Positions 29,243-38,025 of a stretch of 64,000 nt of DNA are shown one piece after another. The notes beneath the pieces are model-generated. The model worked only from the letters and a program-made list of their open reading frames with translations. It searched no databases and had not been told where the DNA came from. The DNA comes from a virus. Location of the stretch: IMG/VR virus record IMGVR_UViG_3300017605_000154, positions 1 to 64,000 of that record; one strand, given 5' to 3'. The translations under genes and the position numbers were made by a program. Each line of letters opens with the position of its first letter. The stretch's first letter is position 1.

Positions 29243-29724
29243 TGTTTTCACTCATTCGCTTTCGTAACCCTGTCAACACTGGTCAGACGTTGACAGTTAA
29301 CGAGCTAACGTCCGAGCCTGTCTATCCTGTGGAGAAGTTCACTTGGGATTACGAGTTGTCGGGCGACGAGATTGCAAAGTTCGAAGCTCCGGGTCAATGG
29401 GATAATCTCAAGGTCGTGCGCAAGATGACCCTCGACTGTGAGGGCCACATCGTTTGCCGCACGACTCCGCTGTACTGGACAGCACGAAAGAATCTGTGCA
29501 ACCTAGTACTTCCACCTGCAACTATCCCTGTCGAGCGAAAGCACATTCGGATCGAAATGCAGCTTGATGGTGATAGCGCCACTTACTATGGCGACTTCGT
29601 ACTAGATGATTACTCGATCCCCCTGGAAGCGAACTACCCCACAGTCACGCCGTTTATGTTCCAGTGGTCGTGTAACTTTGGCTATTGGCGCAATATCGCG
29701 ACTAACGCAGCAGTGAGGCTATGA
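29242..29724 (+). CDS. distal tail protein (Dit-like)
   Basis: First gene after the TMP; size. Confidence 0.6.
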   Translation: MFSLIRFRNPVNTGQTLTVNELTSEPVYPVEKFTWDYELSGDEIAKFEAPGQWDNLKVVRKMTLDCEGHIVCRTTPLYWTARKNLCNLVLPPATIPVERKHIRIEMQLDGDSATYYGDFVLDDYSIPLEANYPTVTPFMFQWSCNFGYWRNIATNAAVRL

Positions 29725-30926
29725 GGGCTTATATCCGTGTCCAGCATGTCGATCCAGGCGAGGGAGTGGTTGGAACATTCAATCCACTTGAGCCGCGCTT
29801 CGCGTATCGCATCAATGACATCGGCGATATTACCTACAACGTAGCTCTCTCCAATCCTCAAGTTACTCGCGATGCGTTCGCACCTAAGCGGACGGACTTC
29901 CGCCTGCAGGTTTCAAACGATGGCGCTTACTGGCGCAACATCATGGGCGGCTTCCATTGGCCTGTTGGATTCAGTAACGAGGAAGGTACTGTAAAGATTC
30001 AAGGCATGGATTGGCTGGCATACCTCGACCAGCCCTACTGGTTCGATGCCTACCTGATCGACGCCCAAGACCTCGTCGGACCAAAGAATCGCATGAAGCA
30101 AATTCTTGAGGATGCTAGCTCTTGGGCGCATGTTTGGATTGGTGCTGCAGGAGTCGATCAGCCGGGAGTTTCATACGGCGCTACACAGCAAACGATTGTG
30201 CAAGACATGATCGATGCGGTTGCAGATGGTAACGATGGGACGCTCAACATCGGTACTAACTTCGTTGGCCCGAACTGGTCAGAGGTTCTCAACTACCAGA
30301 TCATGTTCCAGGATAGCACTACGATCCTCGACCACATTCGCTCTATCTCCGCGCTGGATGATCCTCTCGGTTTCGATTTCTTTATGAATTGGGACAAGAC
30401 GATTGTCTTCTACAACACTACACGCTCCGGCCCAATTGACAGTATCACTACGTTGTACAGCATCACCCGCAAGACGCCAGGACTACTCAATGTTGAATGG
30501 CAGAACAATGGGCCGGATGCAACATGGTCGGTTATGATTGGTGAAGGTAGTCCGGGATGGTGGGCGCATAAGACGTTTGCGCCCTCGGTTGACACATACC
30601 GGCGCTGGTTGAAGATCAACAAGCTCGGCGCGAACTACCGCATGCCGAAGGCTATCAACTCTGCAGCCAGGGGTAACCTCGACCGCTTCCCTAAGAAAGA
30701 CCTCAAGATTTCTGTATACGCCGAACAATTCGATCCTGTAGATGCGACCGCTCTGTTTGCTCCGTTGCTAGGTGAGGCGCTTTACGTCGACTTGGACTTC
30801 CCGCCGTATCACAGGATCAATGCAAACTTCTGGATCGTCGGGCAGGAGTTTCACACTGACGATGAAGGCAACTGGATTTGCGACTTTAGCCTGCAGCAGA
30901 TTTACGATCCGTCGGGAGTGGGCTAA
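29721..30926 (+). CDS. tail tip/hub protein (Tal-like)
   Basis: Position; beta-rich 401 aa. Confidence 0.6.
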   Translation: MRAYIRVQHVDPGEGVVGTFNPLEPRFAYRINDIGDITYNVALSNPQVTRDAFAPKRTDFRLQVSNDGAYWRNIMGGFHWPVGFSNEEGTVKIQGMDWLAYLDQPYWFDAYLIDAQDLVGPKNRMKQILEDASSWAHVWIGAAGVDQPGVSYGATQQTIVQDMIDAVADGNDGTLNIGTNFVGPNWSEVLNYQIMFQDSTTILDHIRSISALDDPLGFDFFMNWDKTIVFYNTTRSGPIDSITTLYSITRKTPGLLNVEWQNNGPDATWSVMIGEGSPGWWAHKTFAPSVDTYRRWLKINKLGANYRMPKAINSAARGNLDRFPKKDLKISVYAEQFDPVDATALFAPLLGEALYVDLDFPPYHRINANFWIVGQEFHTDDEGNWICDFSLQQIYDPSGVG

Positions 30927-31543
30927 TGGCTCCCCGTCAGCAGACTTTCGATTCCGACACCATCGGAAACATCTATACAAGAATTGCTGACCTAGAAGAT
31001 CGTGTGCGCCTGCTAGTGCGCACTCCTTCGCATGTGGAGCGAATCAATCCCGTCTACCTTCCTGACCCGGTCGAAGGTCAGATCGCGATTGACGCTCGCA
31101 CGAACTGCCTCATCTACTACGCGAACGAGGCATGGCGCGAGAAGTGCAGTGCCGTGCATGCGATCAAGGTGTATGGTGATAAGACAACCAACAAGGTTCT
31201 CGATGGCGCATTCAAGTTTCCAATCGAAGAAGACCTAGCTGACACCGTTATTGAACAAGTGCAAGTCTTCAACGGCACGGCTGGCACGGGTGCAACGTCG
31301 ATCCAAGTTCGCAACGTTACTCGCGCTATCAACATTCTTGATACTGTCGTTTCAGTTCCGTCGGGCGCATTCATCTCTACAGTGCAGGCAGATATCAATG
31401 ACGCCGGTGATCCGGACAACCCTAACAACATGGTGAATAACGGCGACATGATCTGGATTAACTGCACTGCGATCGGTACCGGATCGAAGGGGCTCGGTTG
31501 CTACATCACGTTCCACGGCCCGAAAGTTGACGTGACTCCGTAA
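30926..31543 (+). CDS. minor tail protein
   Basis: IYTRIADLEDRVRLL coiled-coil N-terminus followed by a beta domain. Confidence 0.65.
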   Translation: MAPRQQTFDSDTIGNIYTRIADLEDRVRLLVRTPSHVERINPVYLPDPVEGQIAIDARTNCLIYYANEAWREKCSAVHAIKVYGDKTTNKVLDGAFKFPIEEDLADTVIEQVQVFNGTAGTGATSIQVRNVTRAINILDTVVSVPSGAFISTVQADINDAGDPDNPNNMVNNGDMIWINCTAIGTGSKGLGCYITFHGPKVDVTP

Positions 31544-32853
31544 TGCCTGCTAAGGCTGGAAAGTTTGTGTTGCGAGCCGGCGATATGGCTGTCTTCTCAT
31601 CCGCTGGTACCAACAGTGGTTTCCAAGTTAATGGAATTGGCTTCAAGCCTGAGATTGTTATTATCATGTCTGTTGGTCTAACCGCAGAAGACGTGTGGAG
31701 CACTACTCCAAACATCTGGGGCAACATGGGTATTTGGAGTAATGACGCTGATGGCACGATTGAGGGCAACACGGGACTGAATGAGTTCTGGGGAACAGAC
31801 GGTAGACCATCGAGCTTCTGGTCGAATAGCGGTGTAGTGTGGTTCAAGTCTAGTCATAGTGGCGGCGGTTCCGCTATCTACATTGCAAACACTCACGACG
31901 ACGGTTTCTACATCGGCTATCCAGCGGGCGGCTACGAAGGGGGCTTCGGTATCGTATGTTACTACCTCGCGCTAAAGTCGGAAGAGGGTCAAGCTGCGCA
32001 GGTGTATGGGTATCCAGGTTCAGCTAGTGCGACAACCGTTGGATTCCAGCCAGCCGTGTACATGGCGCTAGGCAGCGGTGGTTTGTCTGGCGGTGCAGGA
32101 GATATTGGCTTCCTCGACTTCTCCGTACCCTCATGGGGATTCGGAGGTTTCGAGAACCAAGCCGACCTATCGCGAAACGCCCCCGAGTGGATGGCTAACG
32201 GTCTTGCACACACCGAGACTGTTGAGCAGATTCGTTACTTTCTCGACGGCAATGGCGATCAGTGGGTATTCGATGGTTATACCGCTTCTCAGATTGTTGG
32301 CAACAGTGCATTCATCTACGGTCGAACTGCCACCGAGTTCACCATCGGAATCACAGATGGATTTCCTGCCGGAATCAATGAGCGCGTAGCAGTACACATG
32401 CTTGGCGACGGCCTCTATGCTGGTAACCAAGTAACTCCTAATCCAGTAGGCGTACCGCTAGATGTCGATGTCGGCTTTTCGCCTGAAGCCGTCATCTTCC
32501 TCGGCCCACAAACCAATCACGGGAACTTCTTCGGCATTCCGTGGGGTGGGCGATGCTTCGGTTTCCTGACCGAAGATTTTCAATGTTGCATTGCATGGGG
32601 AGCGCAGCAGCGAGCTTCAGACAATGACCCCTTCGGTCGCGTGGCTAGCTTCTGCACTTCGGACTTCTCGTGGATTTCGAATTTTACGAGTGACGAAGTT
32701 GCCGACCCAACGAATCCGAATTACGGCAACGCAGAGCTTGCCGGTGCTGGATTCACAATGCACTCGCTAGCACTTCCAAAATCCAACCAGTACATACGCT
32801 ATGCGGCGTATGGCTTTGTGGAGGAATCCCCAGGGTTCTTTAGGATTATCTAA
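31543..32853 (+). CDS. minor tail/receptor-binding protein with internal GFxPE repeats
   Basis: GFKPEIVI, GFQPAVYM, GFSPEAVI repeats. Confidence 0.65.
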   Translation: MPAKAGKFVLRAGDMAVFSSAGTNSGFQVNGIGFKPEIVIIMSVGLTAEDVWSTTPNIWGNMGIWSNDADGTIEGNTGLNEFWGTDGRPSSFWSNSGVVWFKSSHSGGGSAIYIANTHDDGFYIGYPAGGYEGGFGIVCYYLALKSEEGQAAQVYGYPGSASATTVGFQPAVYMALGSGGLSGGAGDIGFLDFSVPSWGFGGFENQADLSRNAPEWMANGLAHTETVEQIRYFLDGNGDQWVFDGYTASQIVGNSAFIYGRTATEFTIGITDGFPAGINERVAVHMLGDGLYAGNQVTPNPVGVPLDVDVGFSPEAVIFLGPQTNHGNFFGIPWGGRCFGFLTEDFQCCIAWGAQQRASDNDPFGRVASFCTSDFSWISNFTSDEVADPTNPNYGNAELAGAGFTMHSLALPKSNQYIRYAAYGFVEESPGFFRII

Positions 32854-33182
32854 TGTCGTCAGACGCCGGAAACGGAAACACCCTAACATATCGTATCGCG
32901 CAAGTTGAGCGTGAAGTGGAGAAATTGGAAGACCGCTGGGATACTAGCTTTACCGACTTGCGCTCGCAGATTGTTTTACTGACGCGCGAGGTAGCCGTCT
33001 TCCATGCAGAGTTCAACGCGCACGTTAAGACCTCGGAAGATCGACTCGACCAACTAGAGGGGTCTGTTAACGACGACGTGAAAGGCTTGAGAAAGCTACT
33101 GCTTTCCACAGGTGCGGCCGTGCTACTCGCAGCGATCACTTTTGCAATCTCGGCCTTTAAGGTATTCGGTGGCCCCGGATAG
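32853..33182 (+). CDS. coiled-coil protein with C-terminal TM helix (lysis-associated)
   Basis: Heptad N-terminus; LLLSTGAAVLLAAITFAISAF. Confidence 0.7.
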   Translation: MSSDAGNGNTLTYRIAQVEREVEKLEDRWDTSFTDLRSQIVLLTREVAVFHAEFNAHVKTSEDRLDQLEGSVNDDVKGLRKLLLSTGAAVLLAAITFAISAFKVFGGPG

Positions 33183-33537
33183 TAACACACCTACGAACGG
33201 CAATTCTAACAGTTCTAGCAGTGCGAGCAGAACTAATACAAAGTGGATGATCTATTCCGCTCTGTTGATTTGGGCTGCAAGCTTTATTCTAATCGCAGGG
33301 ATAGGCACTTACTCTGTCTATCGCGGTCAACAAGTCAACAGAGAACTGTGTCATGTAACAGATGATAACCGCAGTATCTTGCTACAAATTCTCGATGTGG
33401 CCGAAGGGCAAAGCCTCGGCAGAGCTACTGACGTAACGGAAAGGAATCTTATACGGCAGAGCTATAACGAACTGCGCGCATTGATCCCACCTTTGAAATG
33501 TACGACAAGAGGGGGGCCGCAAGAATTAGAACCCTAG
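33169..33537 (+). CDS. membrane protein with N-terminal TM and Cys-flanked helical domain (lysis-associated)
   Basis: WMIYSALLIWAASFILIAGIG; C...C; start uncertain. Confidence 0.6.
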   Translation: MAPDSNTPTNGNSNSSSSASRTNTKWMIYSALLIWAASFILIAGIGTYSVYRGQQVNRELCHVTDDNRSILLQILDVAEGQSLGRATDVTERNLIRQSYNELRALIPPLKCTTRGGPQELEP

Positions 33538-33968
33538 CCGTCATATTCCTTGCTGTCCTGCTAATCTCGCCTGCCGAAGCTGTACGAGAGATTAGCCCAG
33601 GTGTATCGCATATTCGAGTGACCTCGCAAGTCATCAAGCGTGACAAGAGAGGCCGCATTAGAATCAGCGCGTCAGCGATTTACAACAAGCACATCTCACC
33701 CTACGCGATTGGTAATAGCCTCACGCGCTGTACTCAAGCCGGCCCTAGGAGAACGCTACCTAGACATACGCAACTCTGCACTACATGGTTTAGATTTCCT
33801 CTAGGGCAGGTTATTGCGTCTGGGATAGTAACGTCGGAAATTTACTACAAGATGGCCGTTGTAGGTGGAACCGGAGTGTACTCTAACGTTGGAGGCGAAG
33901 TCAGAGTTATTGCTACCAAGCTCGTTCCACGCAAAGAGAACCTCGTATTCACTCTAAGGTCGTTCTAG
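33498..33968 (+). CDS. secreted allene-oxide-cyclase/dirigent-like beta-barrel protein
   Basis: Signal peptide ending AEA; GQV..SG and AVVGGTGVYSNVGGEV motif. Confidence 0.6.
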   Translation: MYDKRGAARIRTLAVIFLAVLLISPAEAVREISPGVSHIRVTSQVIKRDKRGRIRISASAIYNKHISPYAIGNSLTRCTQAGPRRTLPRHTQLCTTWFRFPLGQVIASGIVTSEIYYKMAVVGGTGVYSNVGGEVRVIATKLVPRKENLVFTLRSF

Positions 33969-33976
33969 GAGGCACT

Positions 33977-34192
33977 ATGGCACCATCGCCCGGTGAAACG
34001 CGACACGGCAAGGAGATATCGACTCAGGCTCCTATCGGTGGTGCGATCATCGATAGTGACCCTGGCGATGAGCAGGATGACTTCGTCAATGCTCCTAACG
34101 ATGCACCTGCCATTGTCGAAGGCGATCTAGAAGACGTAGACGATCACGGCGATGAGGATGATGATGAAGATGGCGACAGCGGAACAACGTAA
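33977..34192 (+). CDS. small highly acidic protein
   Basis: AGGAGG SD; D/E-rich tail. Confidence 0.65.
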   Translation: MAPSPGETRHGKEISTQAPIGGAIIDSDPGDEQDDFVNAPNDAPAIVEGDLEDVDDHGDEDDDEDGDSGTT

Positions 34193-34664
34193 ACATATCC
34201 GCACCATCATTCGTCTCTATCTCGAAAGAGCCGAAGCTGCGCAGCCGAAGATTCACTACTCGCAGTTTCGTCCGCTGACTTCGTTTGGTGACCCACCATC
34301 GCACGGATTCACGACCGACTGCAGCGGCCTAGTTATCTCGGCTTTCTATTGGGCAGACATGTGGCTGCCTGCAAAGGTAAAAGACCCCGGAGGCTATGGC
34401 TATAGCGGCGATGGTTGGACGGGTTCCATTCTTGAAACCAACCTCAAAAGGAGGGTGCCGCTCGATAGGAAGTTCTTCGTTGGCGACATGGCGTTGTTCG
34501 GCGGAAGTCTAAGCCGCACGTCGCATGTCACAATCTGCCGTAGAAACGGCGATGCCATGTCCTCCATCTGGACTTCGCATGGTAGTGAGCGTGGGCCGTA
34601 TGCAACGCGACTCCGTTATCGCTCCGACCTACTTTGCGTTGTCCGTGCAGAGTCCCTAGCGTAA
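34170..34664 (+). CDS. endolysin, NlpC/P60 peptidase
   Basis: DCSGLV catalytic Cys, GDMALF, SHVTI His, SHG. Confidence 0.85.
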   Translation: MATAEQRKHIRTIIRLYLERAEAAQPKIHYSQFRPLTSFGDPPSHGFTTDCSGLVISAFYWADMWLPAKVKDPGGYGYSGDGWTGSILETNLKRRVPLDRKFFVGDMALFGGSLSRTSHVTICRRNGDAMSSIWTSHGSERGPYATRLRYRSDLLCVVRAESLA

Positions 34665-34673
34665 GGAGCCAGA

Positions 34674-34919
34674 ATGCCAGTTGAGATTAACGTGGAGCGG
34701 AAGGCTATCGAGATTAAGTGGGAGCCGAGTGACTACGTTGGCAACGTGAAGGTTGTCGCTACTGGCGAGGCAGGCGATATCCACAACACTACTGATATGC
34801 CCAACGATGGAAAGGCTGTCCTTTCCTATCCCGCAGACTTCTCCGGTACGTCCACGATCCAGGTGCTAGGTGTCGAGGATGACGCTCTCGTTGACGAGGG
34901 TGACATCGAAATCAGCTAA
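34674..34919 (+). CDS. small beta-rich hypothetical protein
   Basis: AAGGAG SD. Confidence 0.7.
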   Translation: MPVEINVERKAIEIKWEPSDYVGNVKVVATGEAGDIHNTTDMPNDGKAVLSYPADFSGTSTIQVLGVEDDALVDEGDIEIS

Positions 34920-34930
34920 GGGAGGTAAGT

Positions 34931-35344
34931 ATGGGACAGTTGCTTCATGCGTTCTTCAGCGACACGCGAGTTCAGATTTCGCTTCTTCTTCTCGTTCTGG
35001 ACTTCGTGCTGGGCACCGTTGCTGCATTCGTTGATAGCACGCAGGGCTTCCGCCTGAGCTTTTGGTCGGACACTCTGCGTAACGACGTGCTAGGTAAGGT
35101 GGTGCCCTTCTTTGTCATCTACGGTGGATACAAGTATGCATCGAGTGCTGACCTTGTGATCCCCGGACTTGACATGGAAGTGTTGATGAACGCAGCATGG
35201 GGCGTCTTGACGCTGGCATTCGTTGGATCGATTCTCAAGTCTGTGTCGGACCTCGGCCTCTTCAATAATGAAGGGGTGGGCACCAAGCAGATCGCGGGTA
35301 CCGATCCTATGACGCCTACCATTCCTGCCCCGCCGAATCCGTAA
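34931..35344 (+). CDS. probable holin
   Basis: GGAGGT SD; ~3 TM segments; LDFVLGTVAA. Confidence 0.7.
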   Translation: MGQLLHAFFSDTRVQISLLLLVLDFVLGTVAAFVDSTQGFRLSFWSDTLRNDVLGKVVPFFVIYGGYKYASSADLVIPGLDMEVLMNAAWGVLTLAFVGSILKSVSDLGLFNNEGVGTKQIAGTDPMTPTIPAPPNP

Positions 35345-35352
35345 ATTCCAAC

Positions 35353-35442
35353 ATGAGTAATCCAGACCTCAACACGCTACTGCTACTTGCAATCTTCATC
35401 CTGCTACTGGTGGTAGCTGTTTCGGACAAGATTACTTTCTAA
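35353..35442 (+). CDS. 29-aa hydrophobic micropeptide (not in ORF track)
   Basis: MSNPDLNTLLLLAIFILLLVVAVSDKITF; no clear SD. Confidence 0.45.
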   Translation: MSNPDLNTLLLLAIFILLLVVAVSDKITF

Positions 35443-35444
35443 GG

Positions 35445-35514
35445 TTCCCCTCGACGGGGGAATAAAAGGGGCCGGGTTGCGTTTTCTCTCCTGTTGGCGC
35501 TTACCCGGCCCCTT
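35445..35514. terminator. tandem hairpins at the convergence of the two arms
   Basis: TTCCCC/GGGGAA hairpin, then 12-bp AAGGGGCCGGGT/ACCCGGCCCCTT stem. Confidence 0.75.
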
Positions 35515-35554
35515 GTATTAATTCAGTCGTTGGCTGGTCTGGTGGTATGTGGCA

Positions 35555-35761
35555 TCACCCCCTTTCGATTGCTTCTTGGAGTGCTAAACTAATAGCTTCT
35601 GCGTCTTGCTGATAACTGTTTGTGCACAGAATTCTTTCTGCCCATCCATAGTCGGCTACGACCATGAACAACTGCGTAGCCTTGTCTTCCTCCTGAGCTA
35701 CAACTCTAAGGCTGGGTAGGCGTTCATTCCACTCAAGAAAGTCAATTGCCTTCTCCATCAT
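35555..35761 (-). CDS. hypothetical protein
   Basis: Coupled ORF, last gene of the - arm. Confidence 0.6.
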   Translation of the reverse strand: MMEKAIDFLEWNERLPSLRVVAQEEDKATQLFMVVADYGWAERILCTNSYQQDAEAISLALQEAIERG

Positions 35762-36075
35762 CCTTCCTCGTCTTTGCCGTCAGGATACCATGCAACGTCG
35801 TATCGATCCCTGACTTCATACTGAGGCGGCGCTGGTTTCATCTTGTGGAGTTCTGCAGGTCGCTCCTCCCACACAGGCCACCACTCGTTGAAGTCAGTGG
35901 TATCGAAGTTACTGTCGAGGTATACCCGTATCCGGCCTCGCTTGAAACATTCCGAAGGGCATCCTGCCTCGTTCCGAGTTCGGACTAGTGCTTGAAAATC
36001 AATGCCCTCTTCACTACGCATCGAGTAATGAAATCTCTTGTGGTCATGGCAGACCCACACAAGATTGACGCCCAT
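35758..36075 (-). CDS. hypothetical protein
   Basis: Coupled ORF. Confidence 0.65.
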   Translation of the reverse strand: MGVNLVWVCHDHKRFHYSMRSEEGIDFQALVRTRNEAGCPSECFKRGRIRVYLDSNFDTTDFNEWWPVWEERPAELHKMKPAPPQYEVRDRYDVAWYPDGKDEEG

Positions 36076-36077
36076 TG

Positions 36078-36293
36078 CTAAAGCTCCACTTCATCGCGAG
36101 TTGTGTAGTACCAGTCCGACGCACCGCAAGAACACTTATGCGGATTGGGATATTGCGGAGGCCACCTAGTTGTCCGCGCGCACGACTTGCAGATCCATCT
36201 CTCGTTCTCCACCATCTTGAAGAACTTTCGAATGTCTGCAATCGGATCGCTTGCTACGTTGTCCCACGAATCCCAAGCGTCGGAAGCCTCCAC
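36078..36293 (-). CDS. small Zn-ribbon protein
   Basis: CKSC...CSCG; AAGGAG SD. Confidence 0.6.
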   Translation of the reverse strand: MEASDAWDSWDNVASDPIADIRKFFKMVENERWICKSCARTTRWPPQYPNPHKCSCGASDWYYTTRDEVEL

Positions 36294-36294
36294 A

Positions 36295-36690
36295 CTAGCT
36301 CTCCTTGACGATGTACATGTGAGCGTGTCGGTCGTAGAATGCGGCCTTGTAGAAGATGCCGACGCGCTCGACTCCCTCAGTATCTACGATGTGCGACCAG
36401 TAGCTATTTCCACCTGCACGTCGCTCCCAACCTTCGGGAAGCTCTGCATGCCGGAAGATTGGATCGTCCTCTACGATGTCGCCAAACTTGAAGCCTAGTG
36501 CTTCGAAATCTTCGATCGCATCTCGGTGCGTATCTACTGGCAGCACATCGCTGAAGAGTAGTTCTCGCTGACCTTCCGCTTCCATATCCTCAATCGGATG
36601 ACCGCCGGGATTGGCAAGCTGGCCCATAAGAAAGTCGAGCGCATGCTCAGGGTTCTTCAACTTCTCGGTAGTGTTCGTCACGGGCTTCAT
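36295..36690 (-). CDS. hypothetical phage protein
   Basis: AACAGGAG SD; ELPEGW...FYKAAFYDRHA. Confidence 0.75.
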   Translation of the reverse strand: MKPVTNTTEKLKNPEHALDFLMGQLANPGGHPIEDMEAEGQRELLFSDVLPVDTHRDAIEDFEALGFKFGDIVEDDPIFRHAELPEGWERRAGGNSYWSHIVDTEGVERVGIFYKAAFYDRHAHMYIVKES

Positions 36691-36911
36691 TTCATCTCCT
36701 GTTCTCTAACCTTCCAGACCCGCATGATCCAGAAGAATGCACGTATTACCCGACCTCTCAAGCAATCTGCCTCACCCAAGAGAGCATGCTCCAAGTGGTC
36801 AGGGCACATCGGAATCGTTACAAGTCTGATCGACGTACCCGTTTCGATTTTTTGTCCTAGCACATCTCCTTCGTAGATTTCGTATATCCATCCCGGCTCA
36901 AAAGTAGGCAT
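36687..36911 (-). CDS. hypothetical protein
   Basis: Coupled ORF. Confidence 0.5.
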   Translation of the reverse strand: MPTFEPGWIYEIYEGDVLGQKIETGTSIRLVTIPMCPDHLEHALLGEADCLRGRVIRAFFWIMRVWKVREQEMK

Positions 36912-37383
36912 TACGAATCCACTCCTCTGCCACTAGCTCCACTGTGGGGTCTTCATTAAATTGGTACCCGGCCCCGAAGTTGAACCAGTGCAATAGATGC
37001 CTCGCTGCGTCTCTTCCGTGATCGTATCCTTTCTGGTAGACGCCTAGTGACTTCAACTTGTTGTCGTCGTAGTATCCTTTACCCTGTGCAGCCTTCTGCA
37101 TCCACAGCGGATGCCATGTATCGCTTGAGCAGAATAGTCGCGTGATTCCGATAAGTTCCACAGGGTAAAGATTGAGGCCGTCCTTCTGCTTACCTTGCCT
37201 GAATTCGAAATCCTCGCATACTGTGTGTAGGTTGTGATGCAAGTGCGCTCGCGTTAGAAAGAGCCAGAACTCGTTGTGATTGAATCGTTCCTCATTGTAC
37301 GCGAGAAAGAGTTTCTCTTTGTCTGCAACCCCTAATGCATATCCAGTAGTTTCGCCTGGATCAATCGACAGCACTCGTAGCAT
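36898..37383 (-). CDS. RuvC-like Holliday junction resolvase
   Basis: VLSIDPGETTGYA, VCEDF, HGRDAARH. Confidence 0.8.
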   Translation of the reverse strand: MLRVLSIDPGETTGYALGVADKEKLFLAYNEERFNHNEFWLFLTRAHLHHNLHTVCEDFEFRQGKQKDGLNLYPVELIGITRLFCSSDTWHPLWMQKAAQGKGYYDDNKLKSLGVYQKGYDHGRDAARHLLHWFNFGAGYQFNEDPTVELVAEEWIRNAYF

Positions 37384-37624
37384 TCATTTGCCTTTCTGTC
37401 CATGCATTCTTACGGCATCGACTAGAACAGTACACAGCATGCAACCGCTCCGGGTAGAAGGCGGATCGGCAGAAGGCGCAGATCCGTTCTCCTACCGTTC
37501 TACGCGGCATGTGGCGCAAACCGCAGGTCGAACAGGTGCAGACGTGTTCTGATATAGGCTGACCCTCCTGATCCGTTCTGGATGCGTTCTGTGCGGCCGA
37601 TTTGGGCGTCTGACGGCTCGCCAT
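37361..37624 (-). CDS. Zn-finger protein
   Basis: CAFC...YCSSRCR. Confidence 0.6.
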   Translation of the reverse strand: MASRQTPKSAAQNASRTDQEGQPISEHVCTCSTCGLRHMPRRTVGERICAFCRSAFYPERLHAVYCSSRCRKNAWTERQMNATSAVD

Positions 37625-37631
37625 CTTTGGA

Positions 37632-37847
37632 CTACCGCCGAACCTTCAAGGTGAGGGCAATTTCCATTGCATCTATGAAGCGATGCACAAACTTCGGCGC
37701 TGAACCATTGTGAGTGCGCAGATACTCCACGGCTTCTTCCGCTTCTTTCCGACTCATCTCAACCTTGTAAACGTCCCGCATGCTAAGCGGATCAACCACT
37801 GCGACGGTAACTGTCGACGGAAGCTTAGTGTACTCCGTAACCTTCAT
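37632..37847 (-). CDS. hypothetical protein
   Basis: Coupled ORF. Confidence 0.6.
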   Translation of the reverse strand: MKVTEYTKLPSTVTVAVVDPLSMRDVYKVEMSRKEAEEAVEYLRTHNGSAPKFVHRFIDAMEIALTLKVRR

Positions 37848-38025
37848 GCTCGCCCCGTTCGCATCATCTTTGAAAAGGCATCCGACGCTGCTTGCGTAGC
37901 GGAAGCAAGCTGCTGCAATGTCGGCACAGCGCCGGTAGTCTTCGGAGTTACCTCGACTCGCATGAGAACTATAACGTCATCCGTTGAACGAGGTAGCCGA
38001 GCTTTGAACGTCGTCTGAATAGCTC

